Source: Escherichia phage ManiMatter_Bas94
DNA length: 64,000 nt
Sequence record: PQ850617.1
Direction: 5' to 3' (one strand)
A model generated the notes under the pieces. It ran no database searches and was not told the origin of the DNA. It was given only the letters and a program-made list of their open reading frames with translations. This document shows, piece by piece, positions 1 to 8,330 of the stretch. Both the position numbers and the translations under genes were made by a program. Positions within the stretch are counted from its first letter, which is position 1, and each line of letters begins with the position of its first letter.

Positions 1-456
1 GCTTCTAACCCGACCACTAACGTTGGTTTTGATGAAGCTGATATCTTTGATATGACTCTGCAACTGTACACCGCTGGTTCTGAAGCAGACATCATCATGA
101 TTAACCCGGCTCATGCTAAGATCTTCGCTGGTCTGCAAGAAAACACTCAGGGTTCACGTAAGCGTATCTTTGAGAACACCAAGCAGTTCATCTACGAAGT
201 TAACAGCATCACTGACCCGCTGGGCCAGAACTACAAAATCATCGTTAACCGTTGGATGCCTACCGATGCAGTTTACTTCTTCCGTAGCGCTGACTGGACT
301 CAGATGGTCCTGCGTGCTCCGAAACGTACTGAACTGGCAAAAGATGGTTCTTATGAGAAGTGGATGATTGAAATGGAAGTTGGTCTGCGTCACCGCAACC
401 CTTATGCTTCCGGAGTTCTGTTCACTGCTGCGGGAAAGTTGGATCCGCAACAGTAG
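1..456 (+). CDS. Major capsid protein, C-terminal part (5'-partial at window edge)
   Basis: Frame open from nt 1; ends ...RNPYASGVLFTAAGKLDPQQ; followed by frameshift-accessed Ig-like extension and a rho-independent terminator, the arrangement known for T7 gene 10. Confidence 0.6.
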   Translation, partial: ASNPTTNVGFDEADIFDMTLQLYTAGSEADIIMINPAHAKIFAGLQENTQGSRKRIFENTKQFIYEVNSITDPLGQNYKIIVNRWMPTDAVYFFRSADWTQMVLRAPKRTELAKDGSYEKWMIEMEVGLRHRNPYASGVLFTAAGKLDPQQ

Positions 457-974
457 ACAGTGTGACTGTTAGCCCTGCGTCTGTAGAAAGTCTAGAGACA
501 GGGGCTACTCAGCAGTTTACTGCAAGCGCTGAGAAGAGTGACGGCTCTACCGAAACAACTGGCTTTACTTGGTCAGTAACAGGAGGCGGTTCTATCACTC
601 AGTCTGGTTTGTATACTGCTCCGAGTGCGGCTCAATCCACTGATGTATCCATTACTGCGACTTTAGAGGGTGTTTCTGGTACAGCAACCATTTCTGAAAT
701 TGTTGATCCTGCCCCTACTATTGTAGCTAAGGGTCCAATTACAGGTAAAACTGGTGGTTCTTCCACTAACTTCACTACCATGTTTACTGTAACTAATTCT
801 ACTGCTGCGGATTACACGTTTGTTGTAACCCCTACAGAAGCTGGTACAGTAAGCGCCGCTGGTGCGTTAACCTTAGATGATGCTGCAAGTGGCGAAGTTA
901 CTGTTCAAGCAAGTTTGACAGCTGACCCGTCCATCAATGCAACATGCACTTTTACTGGTGTAACACCTGCTTAA
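432..974 (+). CDS. Capsid C-terminal extension reached by programmed -1 frameshift (Big_2-type Ig-like domain)
   Basis: Slippery heptamer G_GGA_AAG at 432-438, zero-frame stop 454-456, -1 frame open to 974; product VTVSPASVESLETGATQQFTASAEKSDGSTETTGFTWSV... has typical bacterial Ig-like pattern. Confidence 0.6.
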   Translation, partial: GKVGSATVDSVTVSPASVESLETGATQQFTASAEKSDGSTETTGFTWSVTGGGSITQSGLYTAPSAAQSTDVSITATLEGVSGTATISEIVDPAPTIVAKGPITGKTGGSSTNFTTMFTVTNSTAADYTFVVTPTEAGTVSAAGALTLDDAASGEVTVQASLTADPSINATCTFTGVTPA

Positions 975-982
975 AATTAGAC

Positions 983-1008
983 CCTGCCTTCGGGCGGGGT
1001 TTTTTCGT
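983..1008 (+). terminator. Rho-independent terminator after capsid gene
   Basis: Hairpin CCCTGCC-TTCG-GGCGGGG followed by TTTTTT. Confidence 0.7.
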
Positions 1009-1033
1009 TTTAAGACCTATACAAGCCAGCGTG

Positions 1034-1042
1034 TAATGTATA
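1034..1042 (+). promoter_or_regulatory. TAATGTATA promoter-like element
   Basis: Exact TAATGTATA 34 nt upstream of ATG 1076; same 9-mer recurs upstream of genes on both strands. Confidence 0.4.
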
Positions 1043-1075
1043 TTCTTTGTCTACATATAACAAGGAGGACAACCT

Positions 1076-1828
1076 ATGGCAATGCCAGATGTTCAATACC
1101 CCATCAATACCTATGGGTGGCTAAAGAAGGCCGTGGCCCTCTGGGCAGATAGGGACGATGATGAATTTGTTAATCAAATTCCAAACTTTATTAACTTTGC
1201 AGAGAAAGAGATTTATCGTAACTTACGTATCCCTCCTCTGGAAAAAGAAGTGTATTTAGATATTAAAGATGGAGTAGCTTACATTCCTCCTGATTACTTA
1301 GAAGCTCAATGGATGATGAGAGCCAAAGATGGTACAATCTTCCAAGTAACATCTCCTGAAGAGATTAGCTATCGTAGACAGCACGGAACAATTAATCCAT
1401 CTCATTGGAATAACCAACCTGTTAACTTTGCTCGTTTCGGTAGTCGTTTCATTTTCTACCCTAGCATCGAAGCAGATACTCCGTACTACCCTGATGATGG
1501 AAGCCCTTTGATTCCAGCAGAAAACTCAGTGATTCTTAGTTATTATGCAGACCCACCGGAGTTCCATGAAGATACAGACACTAGTGCTATTCTTACTATC
1601 GCACCAGAGCTTCTTCTGTATTTCACCCTACGTCATGCTTGTCTGTTTGTTCAAGATGATAACGGTGTTCAGAAATGGTCAGCATTAGGAAAAGCTATCC
1701 TTGATGAAATGGTAGAACAGAATAAGAAACAAGAGTACTCAGGTTCACCTATCGCAATTCCGAATAACATGACCCGACTTCAGAGCAGCTTGCCTGATAT
1801 TTATGGTATTCGTACTTCTCGTGTATAA
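1076..1828 (+). CDS. Hypothetical virion protein (250 aa)
   Basis: ORF with SD AAGGAGG; position between capsid and tail-fibre genes. Confidence 0.5.
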   Translation: MAMPDVQYPINTYGWLKKAVALWADRDDDEFVNQIPNFINFAEKEIYRNLRIPPLEKEVYLDIKDGVAYIPPDYLEAQWMMRAKDGTIFQVTSPEEISYRRQHGTINPSHWNNQPVNFARFGSRFIFYPSIEADTPYYPDDGSPLIPAENSVILSYYADPPEFHEDTDTSAILTIAPELLLYFTLRHACLFVQDDNGVQKWSALGKAILDEMVEQNKKQEYSGSPIAIPNNMTRLQSSLPDIYGIRTSRV

Positions 1829-1837
1829 GGAGATAAT

Positions 1838-4486
1838 ATGATCGTTTATAATAACCAAGCACCTGATGCAGTGAATAACGTTGGGCAGTTTGGTGCTACT
1901 GAAGGCTCTATCGGAGCTTACAAGCAAGCGGCAGAATATGCAGCTGATTCTAAGTATTGGTCACTGTTGGCAGAGGCTAAGTTTGGTACAGTTGATGACT
2001 TGATTGCTCAGGTTGAGATTCTATACAAACAAGGTGTTCTATTAAGAGAAGATATTGAAGACTTAAAACAAGACTTCATTGCACAAGATGCTCGTTTGAT
2101 GAACCTCATTGCTCAAACTAACGCAGCTGTAGCTGATGCAAATAATGCAGTTGCTCTGATTAATCAGAAACTTGTAGAAGTTCAGAATCAACTCGACGTT
2201 CTGTTGGGAATGTCTGTTGACGTAACTACACTTCCTCCGGGAACTCCGGCTACTGGCTCTTTTAATCCGAACACTGGTGTAATCTCTCTGGGTATCCCAG
2301 AAGGTGATCCCGGAAAGGATGGTTCTGTTACTGACCTATCTGCTGCTCCTACCGGTACACCGGAGCTGGGGGACATCGGTTTCTATGTTGACAAAGATGA
2401 TAACATTGTTCACAAAACAACTCTCGAAGATATTGCAAACCTGATCCCATCTGTTCGTTCTGTTTCAGTTAACGATGGCCCTGCGCTTGACGGAGAAGTT
2501 GCTCTAACGCTTAACAAAGAGACGGTAGGTTTAGGGAATGTTCTGAACGTGGCTCAGTACAGCCGCCAAGAGATTAATGATAAGTTTGACAAAACAACTA
2601 AAACCTACCAATCGAAAGCCGAAGCTGATGCGGATGCTCAATACCGACAGGTAGGAGAAAAGGTTTTGGTGTGGGACTCAACGAAGTATGAATTCTATAC
2701 TGTTGCAGCGAATAAAACCCTTACTCCGGTTAAAACAGAAGGTCGTATCCTAACTGTTAACTCCCGTTCTCCTGATTCAACTGGTAACATCGATATCGTA
2801 ATCCCAACAGGAAACCCATCTTTGTATTTAGGGGAGATGGTAATGTTCCCTTATGACCCAGCTAAAGCTGTCTCCTATCCGGGCATTCTTCCTGCGGACG
2901 GTCGTTTGGTGTCAAAAGAATCTGCTTTGGATTTAGGCCCATCCCTTATCAGTGGACAACTCCCTGTTGTTTCTGAAACAGAGTGGCAAGCTGGTGCTAA
3001 GCAATATTTCTCTTGGGGTAAATTAGCCGATGGCATCACTGATGCAGATTCTACTAACTATATCAATATCCGTCTTCCTGATTGGACAGGCGGTGAGGCT
3101 ATTCGATCCCCTGATTCTGTAAAAGATAGTGCATATAAAGGTAATGTTCAAAGTCAGGTCCCTTATGTAGTCACTGTAAATAACCAAGCTCCTGATGAGA
3201 TTACAGGTAACGTCAATATCTCCAGATCTATCTTAGGTGCTGCTGCTGCTGGTGCAAACTCTGATATAACATCTCTCGCAGGGCTTACAACAGCGCTTTC
3301 TGTCACTCAGGGTGGAACAGGTGCAAAGAATTCCAATGATGCTAAGGTAAATTTAGATTTAGACAGAATAGAGCAAGGTTCTGGAGAGACTAAGATCCTA
3401 TCTCCAAATAAAGAAACCTACATGTTTGTTGATAATGACGGGTGGGGTTGTTACCGTACCACGGCTGGGTTGGTCGGTACTGTAGCTTTGTCAGTTGAGA
3501 GAGGGGGCACTGGAGCAACAGATGTTGCTAGTGCAAGAGATAATCTAGGACTTAAATCTCTTTCTACATTAGATACTGTTCCAGTAACAAAAGGTGGGAC
3601 AGGTGCTATCACTGCTGCGGAGGCTAGGTCTAATTTAGGTCTTGGTTCTGTTGCTACTCTTAGTAACGTACCAATCGCTAGTGGTGGTACAGGTGCTAGT
3701 GATGCTGCCGGTGCAAGGTTTAATTTGGGGTTGGGAAATGTTTCTACTCTGGACAACGTACCAGTTGCTAGTGGTGGTACAGGTGCTAGTGATGCTGCCG
3801 GTGCCCGAAGCAACCTCGGAGCGCTGAGTAACACTCCAGCAAACACAGGTGCAGGTAATACTGGTGCGCGAGTCCAACATGCCACCGGAAGAGGTCTGTT
3901 TACTTTAGACATGTTTAACTGCTACTGGTATATGCAGCCAGAGGATACTAACTTCTGGGTTGCCCACGGTGTGTCATATGCAGGGCCTAATGGCGAAGCC
4001 TCAGAGTATGGTCGTATATCTTACGCAATAAAGATTGCAGATGGAACAACAAAATATGTCCATTGTCTTACAAACAAAAACACCATCATTGATACAGGCG
4101 GATTTATCAAAGCGGCATCTCCGGTAGTTAACATTTATGCCAACGGTCGGTATGAAACGAACGATGAGTCTGAGGGGGTTAGTGTCATCCGGCAGGGTAT
4201 TGGTGAATATCTGATTACCGGTTGCCTCGGTCTTAACTCTGATGCAAGATGGGGTGGGGTGGATGGGGGGTTTGAAATCCCAACAGATCGCAACAAGCAA
4301 CCTAGGATTTGGCTGGACTATGAGGTTAAAGAAGATGGTTCTATTTTAGTTAAAACCTATCACAGAACTCACCCAACCTCTCCAGTTTTTGCTAGAAACG
4401 AGATAGAAGGTTTTTCTGATGGGGACCCTATTGATATTCCAAGTGATGCTTTTATCTCAGTTCGTGTAGAGATGCCAGCTGAGTAA
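1838..4486 (+). CDS. Tail fibre protein with GGTGA/ARxNLGL repeats
   Basis: Repeated motif ...GGTGA(S/T)DAAGAR(S/F)NLGLG... about 5 times (aa ~480-640), N-terminal coiled coil. Confidence 0.7.
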   Translation: MIVYNNQAPDAVNNVGQFGATEGSIGAYKQAAEYAADSKYWSLLAEAKFGTVDDLIAQVEILYKQGVLLREDIEDLKQDFIAQDARLMNLIAQTNAAVADANNAVALINQKLVEVQNQLDVLLGMSVDVTTLPPGTPATGSFNPNTGVISLGIPEGDPGKDGSVTDLSAAPTGTPELGDIGFYVDKDDNIVHKTTLEDIANLIPSVRSVSVNDGPALDGEVALTLNKETVGLGNVLNVAQYSRQEINDKFDKTTKTYQSKAEADADAQYRQVGEKVLVWDSTKYEFYTVAANKTLTPVKTEGRILTVNSRSPDSTGNIDIVIPTGNPSLYLGEMVMFPYDPAKAVSYPGILPADGRLVSKESALDLGPSLISGQLPVVSETEWQAGAKQYFSWGKLADGITDADSTNYINIRLPDWTGGEAIRSPDSVKDSAYKGNVQSQVPYVVTVNNQAPDEITGNVNISRSILGAAAAGANSDITSLAGLTTALSVTQGGTGAKNSNDAKVNLDLDRIEQGSGETKILSPNKETYMFVDNDGWGCYRTTAGLVGTVALSVERGGTGATDVASARDNLGLKSLSTLDTVPVTKGGTGAITAAEARSNLGLGSVATLSNVPIASGGTGASDAAGARFNLGLGNVSTLDNVPVASGGTGASDAAGARSNLGALSNTPANTGAGNTGARVQHATGRGLFTLDMFNCYWYMQPEDTNFWVAHGVSYAGPNGEASEYGRISYAIKIADGTTKYVHCLTNKNTIIDTGGFIKAASPVVNIYANGRYETNDESEGVSVIRQGIGEYLITGCLGLNSDARWGGVDGGFEIPTDRNKQPRIWLDYEVKEDGSILVKTYHRTHPTSPVFARNEIEGFSDGDPIDIPSDAFISVRVEMPAE

Positions 4487-4495
4487 ATAAAACAT

Positions 4496-4514
4496 GCTCC
4501 CTTCGGGGAGCTTT
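4496..4514 (+). other. Intergenic stem-loop (GCTCCC-TTCG-GGGAGC), weak U-tract
   Basis: Perfect 6-bp hairpin between genes; possible attenuator or RNA processing site. Confidence 0.3.
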
Positions 4515-4528
4515 ATGGAGGATTATAA

Positions 4529-6673
4529 ATGTCTAGAGAATTAATGCCCAAATCTGGGATAATGATGCCTCATGTGGTAGTTACTAGAGATGCCGCAGTT
4601 GTGGGTGTGTCTACAGTTGATGGCGTGGCAGGTGCTGTTAATTTAACAGATAAATATCTACAAAAGTCTGATGCTGAAGCAACATATCAAACGAAAGCAG
4701 AAGGGGCTACTAAGCAATATGTAACCGATGCTATTAACCCTATTATGACAAATGCTCTGTTTAAAGATGACCCTTTTGTCAATAATGATACACCTATCCG
4801 CTCTGGTGGTGGTAATGGTGTTGAATCAGTGGATATGATTAAAGTTACCCCCGAGAACTCTATCAAACTAGGGAGTTATGCTTCTTCTGTTCAGGGGGTT
4901 GAGATTCACTCTGCTGGTCGTGTTCAGGTTGTTGATCAGAATGATGGTGGGGTAGAAACTAAATACCCTATCTATTCTAAGCGTTTCCGTCCTGAGATTG
5001 AAGATTTACCTTTTGCTGCAATCGGTTCTTATGTTAAGGATTCTCAAGGTCGTACTGTTGGTGTAACCCGTACTGGTATTAACTCTGATATCAAACAACT
5101 CACACAGAAGGTGACTTTCACTCAACCAGTTACTGTTCCTGATGCGGTTGGTGACTATGATGCAGTTACTTTGAGACAGCTTCGTAACAGTGGTGGCTCT
5201 GGCGGTCCTACCATGAGTGGTATCTCTAACTTTGGTATTGGTGATTTCCACTTACGTGATAGTCGAGCTTTCATCCCAGCTTTTGAAGTTCCCTCAGATG
5301 GTCAGCTTTTAAATCGTGCTGATTATCCTGACCTGTGGGCTTATGCTCAACTATTAACCCCTATTAGTGATTCTCTTTGGGTAGGAGATATTACCCAAAG
5401 AGGTAGATACTCCACAGGCGATGGCACCACCACTTTCCGTGTCCCTGACCGAAATGGTATTCAGCTTAACTCCCTTGCAGCTCTTTATGGACGAGGTGAT
5501 GGGGGTGCTTCCGCAGCTAATGGTATGGTTTTTGACTCTGCCGCTCCTAACATCTACGGTGACATTGGTGGTGTTGTAGCCTATGGTCAGACTGGTGCTA
5601 TTATGCGAGGTCAGGAAGAAACTGCACTAGCTCCACAACCAGTTACAGGAAACGGTGTATTAAGGGTAAGCTTGGATGCTTCCAAATCAAGTCCGATATA
5701 CGGTCGCAGTAACTCAGAAATCATGGGTCGTAACTTTGTAGGTGTTTGGACTATTCGTGCTCATGGTGGTTTTACTGCTGCTAACACATCTTGGTCAGTT
5801 ATTAATAGTGATGCAAACCGTCCTGCTGGTGGAACTCGAGCAACTAGTGGTTCTGTTGTTGCTGAATATAAAATAGGTTCAGAAGTAGAAGCCTCTACTA
5901 CGCTCCAAACTGATGCTTATATCGACGGAGCTTATTATGGGATTATCAATGTTTATAATAAAACCAAAGGAGTTACCAAGCAATTAGCTTTTGATGATTC
6001 TGGAACCCTGAACTCTGATAGGTATGCTGCTCGGTTTGGGACAATGATGGCTTGGAGCCAAACAGGAAGTCGCAGAGGGACGTTTTCTACAGACAACCAA
6101 GGGATCGGTGCTAACTACTCTTTTAACTCTATACTGAGTGCTTCCCAAGCATCCCAAGGTGGATACAAAACTACTACCCATGTAGGGATGATTCACAACG
6201 ATGCTGGAACTTTTGCTGATTCTTGTTGGCACGTAGCTGGGGATGAAGACAACAAATATGGTTGTCGTTTAACTCTTCGACCAAACAGAAATGAGCTTTT
6301 CTATTACACTTGGCAGCCTGGCGCATCAGGAGTTTACACTCTTGCTATGAATCCTGTGTCAGATGAAAGGTTGAAACACAACATTCAAGATCTCTCGCCT
6401 GATGAAGCAATTCGTGCGATTAAAGGTTTGGATTTCAAATCGTTTGTATATAACAACGACGAACAAGGAAGAACTCGTCGTGGTGTTATCGCACAGCAAG
6501 CAGAAAAGGTAGAACCTCTTTATGTTAAGACTCGTAGGTTCCATGACAACGACGGCGTAGAGCAAGAACAGAAAGAGCTGGACTCAGCTCCTATGCTCCT
6601 CGATACTATGCAAGTTGTTCAAGACCTGTTGAAACGTATTGAAGTTCTAGAAGCGAAGTTAGCAGAGAAGTGA
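4529..6673 (+). CDS. Tail fibre/spike with collar-like domain and C-terminal intramolecular chaperone (peptidase S74-like) domain
   Basis: GDGTTTFRVPDRNG collar-type motif; C-terminus SDERLKHNI...GVIAQQAEKVEPLYV matches the self-cleaving chaperone domain signature. Confidence 0.75.
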   Translation: MSRELMPKSGIMMPHVVVTRDAAVVGVSTVDGVAGAVNLTDKYLQKSDAEATYQTKAEGATKQYVTDAINPIMTNALFKDDPFVNNDTPIRSGGGNGVESVDMIKVTPENSIKLGSYASSVQGVEIHSAGRVQVVDQNDGGVETKYPIYSKRFRPEIEDLPFAAIGSYVKDSQGRTVGVTRTGINSDIKQLTQKVTFTQPVTVPDAVGDYDAVTLRQLRNSGGSGGPTMSGISNFGIGDFHLRDSRAFIPAFEVPSDGQLLNRADYPDLWAYAQLLTPISDSLWVGDITQRGRYSTGDGTTTFRVPDRNGIQLNSLAALYGRGDGGASAANGMVFDSAAPNIYGDIGGVVAYGQTGAIMRGQEETALAPQPVTGNGVLRVSLDASKSSPIYGRSNSEIMGRNFVGVWTIRAHGGFTAANTSWSVINSDANRPAGGTRATSGSVVAEYKIGSEVEASTTLQTDAYIDGAYYGIINVYNKTKGVTKQLAFDDSGTLNSDRYAARFGTMMAWSQTGSRRGTFSTDNQGIGANYSFNSILSASQASQGGYKTTTHVGMIHNDAGTFADSCWHVAGDEDNKYGCRLTLRPNRNELFYYTWQPGASGVYTLAMNPVSDERLKHNIQDLSPDEAIRAIKGLDFKSFVYNNDEQGRTRRGVIAQQAEKVEPLYVKTRRFHDNDGVEQEQKELDSAPMLLDTMQVVQDLLKRIEVLEAKLAEK

Positions 6674-6677
6674 GATA

Positions 6678-6695
6678 AGCCCCTTCGGGGGCTTT
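6678..6695 (+). other. Intergenic stem-loop (AGCCCC-TTCG-GGGGCT)
   Basis: Perfect hairpin after tail fibre gene, weak U-tract. Confidence 0.3.
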
Positions 6696-6744
6696 AGTAG
6701 TAAGTACCCTTAGTAAGTAATGAAACTAATATATCCCAAGAGGT

Positions 6745-6753
6745 TAATATATA
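6745..6753 (+). promoter_or_regulatory. TAATATATA variant of the TAATGTATA element
   Basis: One-mismatch copy 13 nt upstream of ATG 6766. Confidence 0.3.
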
Positions 6754-6765
6754 GGAGACACTCAA

Positions 6766-6984
6766 ATGAAAATGATGAAACAAGCTGCATATGGTTTAGT
6801 TTGTTTAGGTGCAGGTGTTGTGGTGTCAACCGCAGTTCCTGTAGGCGCAGTTCTTCCATTAGTAACTGTCCCTGCTCCAGTAGAGAAACTTAGTTCTCAA
6901 TGTAAGCAGCGAACCATTCAAAATAATCTAGTTGTTATTTGTCCTGATGCTGAATCTAACGCTCTGAGAAAGATACTACCTTAA
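6766..6984 (+). CDS. Small membrane protein, holin candidate
   Basis: 72 aa, long N-terminal hydrophobic stretch, immediately upstream of lysozyme gene. Confidence 0.4.
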   Translation: MKMMKQAAYGLVCLGAGVVVSTAVPVGAVLPLVTVPAPVEKLSSQCKQRTIQNNLVVICPDAESNALRKILP

Positions 6985-7013
6985 TTTAAAGGGACCACAA
7001 AAGGAGGTTAGAA

Positions 7014-7505
7014 ATGGATAACGCCGCATTGCCACCTGTACAACTAAACTTAAGTCCAGCTGGAATGGAATTCATCATGAAGCATGAGGGTATGAGAACC
7101 AAGGCTTATAAAGATTCCGCAGGTATCTGGACGATATGTGTAGGGGCTACGCGCGATATGAATGGTTATCCGGTTAGACAAGGATTAACGTATTCTATAG
7201 AGGATTGTCTAGCTCTGCTAGATAGAGACACACAAGACTCTGTTCGTGCTACTCAGAAGAACATAAAGGTTCCTTTACTAGTTCATGAGTTTGATGCACT
7301 CACTTCTTTCAGCTTCAATGTTGGCAGTGGTGCTTTGAGCACATCTAAGTTAAGGAAGGTTATCAATGGAGAGGTCAAAGGTGATGTATACTCAGAGTTT
7401 CTTCGTTGGGATAAAATTACGGTGAATGGAGAGAAGCAGAGGAGTCAGGGTCTTCATAACAGAAGGGTTGCAGAAGCTGATCTTTACACCGAAGGTAAAT
7501 ATTAA
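7014..7505 (+). CDS. Endolysin, T4-type lysozyme (GH24)
   Basis: FIMKHEGMRTKAYKDSAGIWTICVGAT places the Glu/Asp/Thr catalytic triad as in T4 lysozyme. Confidence 0.8.
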   Translation: MDNAALPPVQLNLSPAGMEFIMKHEGMRTKAYKDSAGIWTICVGATRDMNGYPVRQGLTYSIEDCLALLDRDTQDSVRATQKNIKVPLLVHEFDALTSFSFNVGSGALSTSKLRKVINGEVKGDVYSEFLRWDKITVNGEKQRSQGLHNRRVAEADLYTEGKY

Positions 7506-7517
7506 TGGAGGTGCCTT

Positions 7518-8321
7518 TTGGCTATCGAAACTAATGCGGTAGTTGTTACCGATTTAAACCCGCTCTATCCTAGAGACAGGGATTACATCTACGAAGGGGC
7601 GGCTCAAATCCGCCTCATTAAACAAACATTACAGAACACATTCCCAAATGTTACAGAGCCAGTTCAGTTGGACTCAGATTCTCTCAATATTCTGGCTAGC
7701 AAAGTTACCTTTACTGGTGACTCTATGGATGTTGGTGGGTTGATGATCAAGAATGCCACTCCGGGTACAGGTGATAGCGATGTTGTCACTAAAGGCCAGA
7801 TGGAAGCTTTCATGCAGAACTGGATGGCTAATAAACTTTACAGGATTGGCTCTTACTATATCACTGAAGAAGATATTAACCCCGGTGATAGTTCTTCTCT
7901 TGGTTTTGGCTCTTGGGCTAAAGTGACTGGTGTTATCATGGGTACTGGTGTAGTAAACCCTGATGGCTCTGTTCCTAATGCTCAGAGGGTTGAATTCCAA
8001 GCAGGTGGTACTGGTGGTCGTGTATTCAATACCATTCGTACAGAGAACATACCTTTGATGACAGTTAATGGCTCCAGCTTCTCTTTATCCAGCAACACCC
8101 ACAGTCACAACATGGTATTTGGTCGTGGAGATGCTAGCGGTCATAACAGCTCACCTAATTGGTATAGTCCGGGTGGTGGTTACAGTCAGAGAACGGAGAA
8201 TGATACACACTCTCATACAATCTCTGGTAGTGTGAGTCTTGGTCGTGACGATATCTCTCGTCAACCTATCAACACTTTGCCACCATTCAGAGCGGCTCAC
8301 ATTTGGAGACGTATTAGCTAA
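7518..8321 (+). CDS. Tail fibre-like protein with HxH motifs
   Basis: THSHN...SGHN...THSHT His-x-His motifs of the kind seen in fibre tips; N-terminal fibre-like region. Confidence 0.45.
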   Translation: MAIETNAVVVTDLNPLYPRDRDYIYEGAAQIRLIKQTLQNTFPNVTEPVQLDSDSLNILASKVTFTGDSMDVGGLMIKNATPGTGDSDVVTKGQMEAFMQNWMANKLYRIGSYYITEEDINPGDSSSLGFGSWAKVTGVIMGTGVVNPDGSVPNAQRVEFQAGGTGGRVFNTIRTENIPLMTVNGSSFSLSSNTHSHNMVFGRGDASGHNSSPNWYSPGGGYSQRTENDTHSHTISGSVSLGRDDISRQPINTLPPFRAAHIWRRIS

Positions 8322-8330
8322 GGAGGAATT

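Noticed and set aside
3590-3840. Short DNA-level repeats that might suggest a CRISPR array or tandem repeat
   Set aside because: They are in frame within the 882-aa tail-fibre ORF and encode the reiterated GGTGA...ARxNLGL peptide motif; no repeat-spacer periodicity.
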